A DNA stretch of 63,790 nt, filler included, from Thraustochytrium aureum (lineage: Eukaryota): NCBI GenBank assembly GCA_012862495.1. It is 5 parts of 5 records of this genome, joined end to end, with 100 filler letters (N's around TTAATTAATTAA, not from the genome) between each part and the next. Parts side by side here need not be neighbours in the genome. Positions count along the whole stretch, not along the records: positions 39,757 to 57,277 come from BLSG01000414.1; 4 more parts are not named here. One strand, written 5' to 3'. Positions 45,883-57,377 of the stretch are shown in pieces (positions within the stretch are counted from its first letter, which is position 1; the number at the start of each line of letters is the position of its first letter). The translations under genes and the position numbers were made by a program. The notes beneath the pieces were generated by a model. That model was not told the DNA's origin. It ran no database searches and was given only the letters and a program-made list of their open reading frames with translations.

Positions 45883-47256
45883 ATGATCCCTGGTCTGCTG
45901 ACCGACGTCTGCAGCTTGGTGCTCGAGTACCTCGACCCGTTCGACACGCTCCTGCTGAGCCTGACGTGCAGGGCGGCGGCTCAGATTGTGCTCGCCTGCC
46001 GGAGCCACCGGGCGCAGTGGCGCGCCTGGCTGGAGATGACGGTACAGGGCTTGCCAAGGAACGCGCGCAGGTCGTTTAGGCACTCGAGGTTTGGGATTGA
46101 GGAGCTCGCCTGCGCGATCCAGCGGAGCTGCCGGCTGTGCGGGAGAGGATACCTCGGCTCGTTCGACAGCGTGTTCTCTGTGTATGCGCACAAGCAGTGC
46201 ATCCGGGCGTGCGTTAGCAAGCTCTCAGCACTCCCTGTTGATGTCAATGTGCTCCTTGACATCCCGATCCATGGCATCAACTCCGTCTGGGTCCACGACG
46301 ACGGCGTTATTCCGTCGGCGATGACCTGTCAAGCCCACTGCCCGCGGCTCCCCCCGCCCTTCAAGCTCTACCATCTTACCTACGAGTTTGTAGCGCGCAC
46401 CATGGCTTGGACTAAGCTCCGCCGAGAGGAGAGGAAAGAGCGCGCGAGGATCCGCAAAGACACGATTCAGTCCATGCAGCACCGCTGCGCACAGGCCTTG
46501 GGCATCCAGGTGTCCACACTCCACGAGCTCAAGCAGTACAAGCCGCTCTTTGGTGACGTCCATCAAGCGCTTGAGGCCGTTCGCGAAGCCAACGCGCCAC
46601 GGCGCCGCAACCACGTTCCCCTCCCGCCCTGGATGAACGAGCAAGTGCCTCTAAAGTTCAAGGCATCCCCGCTCCGCCCCGTCTTCGCCAGCACGGGCGC
46701 GGGGGCGGAGGCGATTCTTTTGCATGCTCGAGCATCGGAGAAAGCCGCGGGCCACGCGATTCTGCTCCAAGAGATCAGATCGTTGGAAGGAAGAATTGCG
46801 CCCTTCCAAAAGGTTCTCGAGTACAGGCCTCTGTTTGGATTCGCATCCCCCGTTCTGAAGGGGTCGCACAAGCGGTTCGCACAAGTGATTCAAGGACTAC
46901 GTGACAAACTTTCAGGGGCTGCCGCCGCGCAGTCGCGCATCGCGGCACTTAGGGCTGGGCCATATGAATTCCTTGAGCACTGGAAGAAGATGAGCCACGG
47001 TTGGCGCCGCGCGCTGGATTTCGCTCTTTGGGATAAGAGACTGTGTTTGGCACTCTTGTGCGACAATTATCTCAAAATCGCCGAGGGCACGCTAAAGCAC
47101 GTTTTCGATGCCTTTTCCGCCGAGGACATTGTGATTTACCACCACAACGCAACGAAGAGCGCGGTGTTGGCGTACAAGCGTTTCAACGGCTCACGCGCCC
47201 AAACACAACAGTTGAAGAGGGAGCCAAAACGAAGGCGCCTGTTAGATTCCATGTAA
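45883..47256 (+). CDS. F-box-like protein with a Cys/His cluster and a C-terminal NLS-like motif
   Basis: LLTDVCSLVLEYLDPFDTLLLSLTCR fits the F-box consensus; also CRLCG..HKQC and a terminal KREPKRRRL. Confidence 0.7.
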   Translation: MIPGLLTDVCSLVLEYLDPFDTLLLSLTCRAAAQIVLACRSHRAQWRAWLEMTVQGLPRNARRSFRHSRFGIEELACAIQRSCRLCGRGYLGSFDSVFSVYAHKQCIRACVSKLSALPVDVNVLLDIPIHGINSVWVHDDGVIPSAMTCQAHCPRLPPPFKLYHLTYEFVARTMAWTKLRREERKERARIRKDTIQSMQHRCAQALGIQVSTLHELKQYKPLFGDVHQALEAVREANAPRRRNHVPLPPWMNEQVPLKFKASPLRPVFASTGAGAEAILLHARASEKAAGHAILLQEIRSLEGRIAPFQKVLEYRPLFGFASPVLKGSHKRFAQVIQGLRDKLSGAAAAQSRIAALRAGPYEFLEHWKKMSHGWRRALDFALWDKRLCLALLCDNYLKIAEGTLKHVFDAFSAEDIVIYHHNATKSAVLAYKRFNGSRAQTQQLKREPKRRRLLDSM

Positions 47257-47332
47257 AAGCCAAAGTACGGTCGACCATTCACGAGACCCGGCGTCCGTTC
47301 GCCGGTGCCCTCACTTGCCCCCGCCTAGTGCC

Positions 47333-49808
47333 TCAAGGCAGGACGAGGTCGAAGCGGATCTTTTGCAGGTAGTTGATTCCGTTGACGATGAACGGCTGCA
47401 GCGTGTCGGCAACCACCTCCTCAATCATCGACACGAGACCCTCGTTCAACGAGCGGAGCTCGATCATATCCTCTGCCGCCGCGTTGACGCGTGCCGGACT
47501 CTGCGGGAACTGCGACGCCACCCCCCTCTCCTCGCCATGCAGCACCGCCGAAAGCGACGCCACGAGGCGCTCCCGCCGCTTAATCAACTGGAAAACGTGC
47601 AGCAACTTGCTGCGCAGGCTTGAGAGGCGCGTCACCTGCGACAGGACGTGGGCGAATGCGCCTGACGAGCACGACAGCATGTGCGCTTTGCGAAACGCCT
47701 CGCGCTCTGATGTGCGCGTCCGTAGCTCGCCCCAGAGGCCCTCAAGCTGCTCGCAGCCAGCTGCGAACGACGCCTCAATGTTTTCTGGCTCGTCGATCGC
47801 TCGCAGCAGCCGCTCCATCTGAGGCGCCTCCATGCTCGCTTGTCGCAGTTTTTCTGCGCTGTGCACAAACATGTCGGTGCTCGCCCAGTCAACAATCGCA
47901 CGGCCCTCCTCTTCCAGTTTTCGCTTCTCGCGCATATGTTCCTCGTCCTCTTCCAGCCCCGCGAGAGCGCTCTCGGCGTCGAAGAATACGCCACCCAACG
48001 TGCTCCGCGCAACGGGGAGGCCGTCGTCATCGACCACGCTGCCCTTCAGCGGCACCAGGTTTGGCGGTCCGTCAACATTGTCGCACCCGCTTTCGCCGCG
48101 AGCGCTCGCCGCTTTGCCTTGGCCAGACCTCGGGCCCTTGTTTCCGAAGGCCCCGCCAGCGGTCTGTGGTCGACGCGATCTCCCCAGAGCGTTCCTATAG
48201 ACGCTGACTATGCTAGCTGGGGTGTTGGTTGGGACAACGCGTCGCAGTCGGCGGCGCCCGCCTTTGCGCTTGTCGTGCTGGCGATCAATTTCGCGCGCGG
48301 CGCTCGTTTTCTTCTTCCGTGTTAGCAGAGCCCGCAAGGACGACGGCCCTGTGTCAGCGCGAGAGACGGTGGTTCTGGGGTCCCAGAGCGCCTCACGGTA
48401 TCTCCATCTCTCGGTGATGCAAAGCTCCCTTGGATTGCGGCTTGCCAAAGGTTTGAACCCAGAGACGCTTCTCGTGCTCGTTCATCACGCCATTGTACAG
48501 GATGCCGGCGGATGCGGGTCGCGTCTGGACTTGGCGCATCTTCGACATCGGCAGCGGGCGAAGCGGAATCTCGCGGGTCCAGTCTGACACTGGCAGGTCC
48601 GCAGATGTGAACCCAATCTGTTCATTCGCTTGCCGTGGGCTTCTTGGGGGGAGCGAGCAATCTCCAACGGCGTGCGGCGAGGGCTCGCCTCGCCTCACGC
48701 GCTCCAGCTCGGCGTGCAGAGCGGCATTCTGCGCTTGCAACTTCTCCATCTCCTTGCTCACCTTCTTGAGAGTACGCGCCGCGAGAGGCGACTGCCCTGC
48801 GCGGGCCTTGGGCCGCGGCGAGGTCGCTGGCCGAGTGGAGATTTGGGGTTGCTCAGATGGCCTGTTTGCGCCGTTGCGCGTTGGCGCGGCGGAGCCAGGT
48901 CGCGCGGGCCTTGACAACGGTGGGTTGCGACTTTTTGCAGACGTTGGGCGCCTCGCGCTATTCACCCTTGCTTGCGCGGCTGCCTGCGCGCTTTTCGGAC
49001 TTGTTGCACGAGCGGCATGGGCTCGATGGTGTGGCGCTGCCACCCCTTTGCGTGCACCCGGCTTGCCCTGCCTCATGACCGCCGACGGGCGAGACCTCCC
49101 TTCATATTCGCGTCGCGCAGCGTCTCGCCCGCGCTCTGACGCCCTGTCAAGAGCATGTTTGTTGCGCAAACTGCCCTGGGATTTGTCGTCCTCCTCGTCT
49201 GCGTCGAAGCTGTCCTTGTCGTACACTTCGGAAGACTCGTCGTGGTCGGCTTTGGCGTTCCCGCTCTTTAGGGCCGATCGGCTACTCGATGGTGCGACTG
49301 ACCCAGCTTCCGCTTCATCGTTCTCGTCGCAATAGCTGCGGGTTTGGTCGGCCACCAGCCTCCCACTACCGCCCTCGCTCCCGCTCTCGATCTCGCACGC
49401 CGAGTCGACCGAGCCGATCTGGTCAGCCGTGCCTCGAGCGCTCAGCGGTTTGGGCGAAACGCGATTCGGCACATAAACGAAGCGCGGGCCTCCAGAAACG
49501 GGAATGGTGCGTGGGCTACCCCGCGCCTGTCCCTGCGCGGCGCTTGGCGGCCGCCCCGTCGCGCTCTCTGGCCGACGAACAGCGCTTGAAGGCCGCATTG
49601 CGCTCGACGGCCTCGCCGCGCTCTGCGGGCGCGCCGCACTTCCTGGCCGCTGATTTGAGCTCGGCGTCAGATGCTGCTGGGCAAGCAGGAGGGCCTCAAC
49701 TTCGTCCTCAAACCCATCGCTTCCATACGACTCGTCCTCCTCGATCACGTCTTCGTCCACATCAAGCTCGCTCTCCAAATCGCTGTCGACGACACCTGCG
49801 GCTGCCAT
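47333..49808 (-). CDS. RPxSA-repeat, coiled-coil protein with a CCDC87/MAP65-like C-terminal region; apparent frameshift at about 48405
   Basis: Two overlapping ORFs join as ..HHREM-RYREALWDPR after removing one G. N-terminal RP(G/Q/S/E/P)SA repeats; the C-terminal QLEGLWGEL..IKRRE..PFIVNGINYLQKIRFD resembles CCDC87-type tails. Family call is tentative. Confidence 0.6.
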
Positions 49809-50448
49809 GCTCTTTTACCCGAGCAGCCGCCACGCCGCAAAGCCAGGCTCGCCCTTCGCGCACTCCCAGTGCGCTCTTGCCCGTCTGGGCGTCGCCTCCG
49901 TCGAGGTGAGGTTGCCCGGCGTGTGGCTCAGCTCGGCATCAATGACCTCGGCCAGCAACGAATAAACACGCAGGAACGCAGAGCGAAACAGGCGCGAATC
50001 AATCTGAAGCTCGCGCTCCTCGCAAGCGCGCCACGGCCACCGACCTCGCGCTCTGCCCGACGCCGCTCTGCCCGGCGCCGCATCACGCGCCAAAAACGAC
50101 GCGGTACAGAATCGATCCGTTGTATCCGTTGGCAAGTGCACAGCTCGATAAAGAGCGACGGGCCGGCGCTTTGTGTCGACCGTGGAAAGGCGCCAAGTCC
50201 GCGGCTGTGCGGTTGCGCCGGTGCCGAGGAAGCGCGAATTTTGCGCGAGGCTGCACGAGCAGGCGCTGTTGTTGTTCTTGTTTGATTGGTCGCGCTTGGC
50301 GGCGACTCGCACATGCTCGGAACAGCGGCCGTCGGCGAGCAACACGCGGGAAGGTCGCTAGTGGCCTCTGTTTGTCCTCGCTTGCGGCGCGCGGGCTGTG
50401 GTCGGCGGCGCACGGAGGACGCAGTCGAGAGACCGCGTGGGCTGCGCA

Positions 50449-51239
50449 ATGAGCGGCAGCAATGGGAAGGCGCATCACTTCGTGGTCAAGATCGCGCTTG
50501 TTGGGGCTCTGGCGTTGGCAAGACGCACCTGCTCGAGGCGGAAGAAATGATCGACACGGACTTTACCGGAGCTGCTGGCGTTGGTGCGGCGCGCACAAGA
50601 ATAATCGGCCGCGATGGGCCGGCAAGGCAGGCACATTCTTCACCCGACAAGTTGAGCAGCAAGATCGGCCCGTCAGCCGGCGAGCCCTCGCTACGCTTCA
50701 AGCGTCGAGAGTATACGCTCAACGACAACGTGTATCGCGTCGAGTATTGGGATTGCCCAGGGTCTGACCGATTCATGAACCTCACTGCCAAGTACTGCTC
50801 TGGCAGCGCGGGAATCATCCTCATGTTCGACCTGACGCAGACTTCCTCATTCGAAAAGATCAAGGAGTGGCTCGTGCTGCTGGAGAAGGTTCAGGTTGAT
50901 ACCGTCAAGGTCCTTGTCGGCAACAAGGACAACTGCTTGAGCGCTCCCCGTCAGGTCTCGCGTACCGAGGCAGACAAGTTTGCCCGCAACAACGGCATGA
51001 GCTATTTCGAGACGGACGCACTCTCAAACATTCGATGCGAGCAAGTATTCCGCAGCCTGTTTCTCCAGATTGTGGATTGCATCCCGAATCCGCCCGATCC
51101 GACGGACCTGCTGAACAAGGGCATAAAGATTGGTCCAGCGCTCCTTGGCGACAAGAGGTATCGGCTCGCCTTACTCGCCCACGGGGAGAGGTCGTTGCTC
51201 GAGCGCGAGAGGGCAAGTTTTGCGATGGACTGGCTGTAG
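50449..51239 (+). CDS. Atypical Rab-like small GTPase; frameshift in the G-run at 50503-50506
   Basis: Restored start MSGSNGKAHHFVVKIALVGGSGVGKT, then WDCPGSDRF, GIILMFDLTQTSSFEKIKEWL, VLVGNKDN, RQVSRTEADKFA and YFETDA. No C-terminal prenylation cysteines. Confidence 0.85.
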
Positions 51240-51966
51240 TGAGCGCGCGGAGCCCAGGCAGCGTTCCCTCCAACTGTTGGCGCGTTGGCTGCCTTTTGGT
51301 CAAAANNNNNNNNNNNNNNNNNNNNNNNNNNNNNNNNNNNNNNNNNNNNNNNNNNNNNNNNNNNNNNNNNNNNNNNNNNNNNNNNNNNNNNNNNNNNNNN
51401 NNNNNNNNNNNNNNNNNNNNNNNNNNNNNNNNNNNNNNNNNNNNNNNNNNNNNNNNNNNNNNNNNNNNNNNNNNNNNNNNNNNNNNNNNNNNNNNNNNNN
51501 NNNNNNNNNNNNNNNNNNNNNNNNNNNNNNNNNNNNNNNNNNNNNNNNNNNNNNNNNNNNNNNNNNNNNNNNNNNNNNNNNNNNNNNNNNNNNNNNNNNN
51601 NNNNNNNNNNNNNNNNNNNNNNNNNNNNNNNNNNNNNNNNNNNNNNNNNNNNNNNNNNNNNNNNNNNNNNNNNNNNNNNNNNNNNNNNNNNNNNNNNNNN
51701 NNNNNNNNNNNNNNNNNNNNNNNNNNNNNNNNNNNNNNNNNNNNNNNNNNNNNNNNNNNNNNNNNNNNNNNNNNNNNNNNNNNNNNNNNNNNNNNNNNNN
51801 NNNNNNNNNNNNNNNNNNNNNNNNNNNNNNNNNNNNNNNNNNNNNNNNNNNNNNNNNNNNNNNNNNNNNNNNNNNNNNNNNNNNNNNNNNNNNNNNNNNN
51901 NNNNNNNNNNNNNNNNNNNNNNNNNNNNNNNNNNNNNNNNNNNNNNNNNNNNNNNNNNNNNNNNNN

Positions 51967-54900
51967 CTCGTCGAGTTTCTTTTGCTTCTGGAGGCGATCC
52001 TCGTCCTTGTCTCCTAGCGCCGCTCGCGATGCATCGAGCTTTTGCTTTTTCGACTCGAGGATTTCGCGCTCCTTTGCGAGTTTCATCTGCGCCGCATTCT
52101 GCCGACCCAGGCGCTTGTCGCGGCTCCGGCGCAACTTGTCTTCAAATGCCTTCTGCCGTTCGCGCATGCGCTTGCCGCTCTCTTGGGCCTTCTTTTCTTG
52201 CATGAGGCGGCGCTTTTCGAGCTCCAGCTCGTGTTTGCGTCGTGCTAGCACGGCAGCCTTTTCCCTCTCCAAGGCCTTTTGGTCGCGGGCAAGGTCTCGT
52301 CGTCGGTGATCTCGTAGTGCTCCTTCTTGACCCGTTTAAACCGCTCCCTGGTTTTGGCACGCTCGGCTTTCTCGCGTTCGCTGTGCTCCGCTTCTCGTGC
52401 CAGCTGCTCCTCGCGCTTTTTGCGCATATGCTCTTCGAGGGCAAGGCGCTCGCGCTCTCGGCGCGCCTGGTCTTCTTCCGCGCGCTGCCGGCGCTTTTCA
52501 AGCTCTCGCATTTCCTTTTCGAGCTTTGCTTTGGCTTGCTCTTCTTCGCGTTGGATGCGCTCTGCGGCTTGCTTTGCACGAACTTGGGCTAGCTCACGTT
52601 GACGCTCTTGTCGCTGCGCATCCAAGGCCTTCTCGCGCTTCTTCTGCAACGCGAGCTCCCTCTTGCGCCGCACCTGGGCCTTTTCAATCTTCTTGGCCTC
52701 GAGCTTTTCTTTGCTCTCCTCTAGCCGTGCGTGGAAGGCTTGCGCCTTTTTGGAGAGCTTGAGCGGCTTGGCCGGCGCAGCGGGGCGAGGATGGCCAACT
52801 TCTGCAGCAGCGACGAAGGATGTCCCAAAGCCCCTGACGTGCGGTGCAGGCCTTTGCAGGCGCTTCTTGTGCTCCTCGATCTGCCTTGTCGGGTACAGTC
52901 GGGTGTCGATTGGCACCAGTTTGTCCGCGAGCGAGCGCGACTGGGGTTCTGCGAGAAGGTCGATCAGCTCTTTTGCGGGGCCATCCGGCACCTGCTCGGC
53001 CCGCTCGGTGCGCTGCGGGATAAGCAGGTGGATATTGAATGTCGTGGAGAGGAGTTCGTCCAATATTTCAAGAGCCACGGCGACGGCGTCCTGCTTGGCG
53101 CAGCAGTCGTCCATGTCGAGGGTCCCCAGCTCCGCAGGGGCTGAAAACTTGTATTCGGGGATCTCGCTGAGCTTGGCCCACTTTAGCATGATGCGGCGCT
53201 GCTCTGGGTCCGCGGCCCTTTGCCGCACCTGCTCCGCACCATTCACGAGGACGACGCTTCGCAAATGGGAGAGCAGCGCGTGCGCGCGCCTGTCTGCGTC
53301 GGGCTCAAACGAGAAAGCCGGCGCGTGTGCGGAACAATAGCCCAAGGCGCTGACGAACTCCTCGAAAGAGGCTTCGGTGCCTTGCGACCCGCCTTTGCCG
53401 CGGAAGAACACGGCCTTCGCCTCCGCTTGGTCGACAATCTGCGGCACCATCTGATACGCCCGAAGGAAGCGCAGCCAGCGCTGCACAGTGAGCAAGCCAT
53501 GGCGTGAGTGCAGCTCGTCAAACGACTTGCCCAGCGCCGCGTTTAAGCTTGATCCCGGCTCGACCGCATGGCGAAAGATCGGCTGGAGGAGTTGGTCGTA
53601 CTTGCGGAGGGTCTGAATCTCGCCCTGGCAAGTCGAGAGGACAGAGTCGAGGTGCTGCTGCGTTGGCGTTGGGGGCGGGGGGCATCGTTGGCCCTTGCGA
53701 TGCGCAGCCGCCGCCTGACGCTCTTGCAGCGCGCGGCGCCTCGCGATTTTCTCGTCAAAGCGCCGCCGCAGCTTTTGGCGCCTCTCCTGCTCGGCCTCGC
53801 GCTGCAAGGCTGCAGCCCGCTCCTCTTGCAAAACGCGCTCGTGGTGCCGCAGGGCGGCCGCCTGGATGTCGTGGTCTACCTTCTCCTGCGTCTCCATGTC
53901 GAGCGGAGTGGCGGTTTCTGAGTGCGCAACTGTCGAGACGCCAGCGCCGCGTGGCGAGCCGCGTTCTGCGTGTGGGCGGGCGCGCGCCACCACACTGCCG
54001 CTGAGGTGCTCGCGGAGCATCTTGACGAGCTCGTCAATGCCGATTCGCCCCGCGTGCTCGCTTTGGAAACGGCGCACCTTGTCCTGCACCGTGCGCGCTG
54101 CGAGGACGCGCGACTCTGCGCAGTCGTGGAGCGCTCGACGGGCAGCCGTGTCCTCCTCAGAATTGACGATGGCAAGCAGTTTGACCTTTTCGATGTAACC
54201 CGTGTCTGCGGGGTCGAGCATCTCACACACTTGCAGCAAACCGGCAAACCTGAGCTTTGGCGTTGGGGCTAGCTTGCCATGGCGGGGCCTTGGACGCAGC
54301 GGCTGCGCCGATGCAGATGGCGACTGCCTGGCCGAGGCCACCATGTTGCCCCCTTCGCCGCTGGCGGGGCTTTGGTCGTGACAAGTTCTGGCCGAGAAGG
54401 CGCCTGCTCTGGCTCCCGCGGCATGTGTCTCGGTGCCGACCTTGCTTGTATCTAACGCTTTCACTTCAACTCCAGCGCTCTCGGCGTTGGGGCCTTGGCC
54501 ATGCTCTTCGTGCAGCCTCGTGGAATCCATGGAACCGTCTTTACTGCTGCCTTCGTGATCCACGTCAATGCCCGTCGATGGGGGGAAGCCCCGCCTCGCT
54601 CTGCGGACTGGTGGCCCTCTCAAGCTCAAANNNNNNNNNNNNNNNNNNNNNNNNNNNNNNNNNNNNNNNNNNNNNNNNNNNNNNNNNNNNNNNNNNNNNN
54701 NNNNNNNNNNNNNNNNNNNNNNNNNNNNNNNNNNNNNNNNNNNNNNNNNNNNNNNNNNNNNNNNNNNNNNNNNNNNNNNNNNNNNNNNNNNNNNNNNNNN
54801 NNNNNNNNNNNNNNNNNNNNNNNNNNNNNNNNNNNNNNNNNNNNNNNNNNNNNNNNNNNNNNNNNNNNNNNNNNNNNNNNNNNNNNNNNNNNNNNNNNNN

Positions 54901-57080
54901 NNNNNNNNNNNNNNNNNNNNNNNNNNTCCTCGTCACTGAAATAGACTGCGCTGCCCGAGCTGCCAGCATCATGGATATACAGGCTTTCCTGGTTCGACCT
55001 CGGGCTGTCCGCCTCGCCTTCGGAGCCATCCTCGGAAAGCTCCATAGGGGTTGCTGGGGGTTGCGCCAGCAGCGAACTTCGCAACGGCGCCGTCGCCTGC
55101 TCGTCTGCGACCGCGCGCAGACGCAGCATTTCTTGGCCCACGGGCGCGAGATGCGGGCTTGCTTGGATGATGGGGACGACGACTTGGTCCACGGAGCGCA
55201 AGCCAAGTCTTGCGATCTCGAGAAGGACGCCGAGGACGAGGACGCGGTGCGGCTCCTCTTGGGGCATGTTGCGAAGCATGAGCGCACCCGAATTGTAGAT
55301 CCGTCCAACGTACGCGAGCACCGAGGCATTCAATGCAAAGCGCTTGATGAGGAGCGTGAGCAGGCTTGTCGCGGCGCGACCGTAGATAGGGTCGTTGAGC
55401 GCGATCTTGGCACACAAATCAATAAGCTTGATGCCGTCGTCTGCTTGCAGGCGCTGGTGGCCGGCGAGCGCGTTGAGGAAGCCAATGTCCATGTTGGTAA
55501 AGCCGTGCAGCGAGATTTGCTTGACGAGCGGAGTAACGAGAACGCCGACCGGAGCAAAAGGCATCCGCTTCAGACATAGCGCCAGGTTTGTCCCGATAAA
55601 GTCGCGCAGCGTCTCGTCCGTGTGAAACTCGATGAGCGAAAAGATTACCGTCTTGTACAAATACGGCGCGAACGGTTTGTGCTGCACCGCAAACCTCTCG
55701 AGCAGGTCGAAGACAGTTGCAAGCGCAAACACCTGAAGCTCAAGGGCGCGCGTCTCGCGGAAGGCTTTGTTGAGCAAGACGAGGATGGACTTTGGAAGTG
55801 CCGGGTCGCGCTCGACGTCTTTCGTGAACGTGCTCCACACTTGATCCGAGCAGGCCGAGAGCAGCTTGGCGGGCAGCCACGTTCATCCGCGGCTCGCCAA
55901 AGCGGGATGCGAACGAAGCAAGGTACTTTACGAGGTCGCGTCGGCTGAGCTCGCGCGCGAGGGCATGGTCGGATTCGTCGGCAAGCCGCACGAGGTCGTG
56001 GGCAAAGCCGAGGTATGACACCGCTGAAGGAATGCAGTCGTGCAGGTCTACGCGGAACAGCGAGCTAAAGTTTGAGCTTGTGTCTGTGCGGCCCGCTGCT
56101 TGCAGAATGTCGCAGATGGAGAGCCTGGCGTCCGGGCAGCGGTTCCACGCCCCCACTAAGCCGTTGAGGCCCCAGCCGGACCGCACAAAGGCCCACAGTG
56201 CGGCGGCATACTCTTCCGGCGCCCAGGGGCTTGGGAGGCTTTGCTTGGCTTGATCCATGTCAGCGACGCTTAGCGCGAATGCAGAGATCACCGACAGCGC
56301 CTTGGCCAGAACGAGGTCGTCCGGGGAGTAGAGCAGCGTGCCGAAAAGGCGCAGCGAGCCGAGCACGTCGTCGAGCGTGGGGGCGCTGATGAGAAGCTCT
56401 GCGACTAGCTCGCGCGACAAATAGAGCTCGTTGACCCAGGCGAAGACTGCGCCAATATTGCGGTTCGGCCCGTGTGCGATTAGCTGGGTCAGGTATGCTG
56501 TGTTCGGGCCGGCGAGGAGCGCAGCGGCCTGTTCCAAGCCCAGCCCGCCGACCAGCTTGTCGTTGATTGTCTGGGTCAAGAACATCCCAATAGTTGCTGC
56601 ATCTGCCCCTTGCCTGACGAGGCGGAGGTCCTGCTCGCTGACGCTCACGGCGATCACGGGCGGGTGCTCAAAGGCGCTTGCCACGCTCTGGAGGGCGGAG
56701 TGGACTTGCTGCATCTCCTCCAAGAGCGTGACGAGGGCATGCTCTGATCCTTTGGCGAGCTCGACGTCCGCGCCGTCCCTGCTCGCCGAGGCGACCGCCG
56801 AGAACTGGCCTACCTGCGCAAGGACGTGTCTCCAGCTATTGACCGGGTCGAGGTCAAGCGCGAGAGGGCTGCACCCGAGGGCTTGGCAGGCAATATGCGC
56901 TACGAGAACGCCCGAGCGCAGGAATTGTACTTCCTCCGGAAGCAGCTCCCCGTCCGGCCCGCCCTGGAGCGCGCCGAGCCGCCGCAGCCAGTCGACAAGT
57001 TGACTAGGTAGTTTTCGCAGCGTGTCGGCCCCGCCGGCGGCGCCTGCGCGCCACGCAGGGCCTCCGGAGCGCCGCTTCAT
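51967..57080 (-). CDS. Large uncharacterised protein (CH-like N-terminus, helical repeat region, EF-hand-like segments, long charged coiled coil); may be one gene or two across the gap 54631-54926
   Basis: Same-strand ORFs 55740-57086, 54626-55840, 52245-54629 and a final frame to 51967 are linked by single-base shifts at about 55846 and 52310. EF-hand-like LDPADTGYIEK and an E/K/R-rich C-terminus. Confidence 0.6.
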
Positions 57081-57277
57081 CCCCACCGTGCCAACGCTCA
57101 GTCAGTCTCCTCTGTGCCAGCAGGCTGACGAGCGAAAGCGGCTGAGCCTCCACCGATGCGATGCGCGCTCTCGCGACCTGCCCGCGGCACGCTGCGCACT
57201 ACTTCTGCAGAGCCTCTTGCACGTGAACACCGAATCGGGTTTGTGGCATCAGATCGGCGGCGACCTCCGCGCGCTCT

Positions 57278-57377
57278 NNNNNNNNNNNNNNNNNNNNNNN
57301 NNNNNNNNNNNNNNNNNNNNNTTAATTAATTAANNNNNNNNNNNNNNNNNNNNNNNNNNNNNNNNNNNNNNNNNNNN
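57278..57377. other. Artificial scaffold-joining spacer
   Basis: N44-TTAATTAATTAA-N44. Confidence 0.95.
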
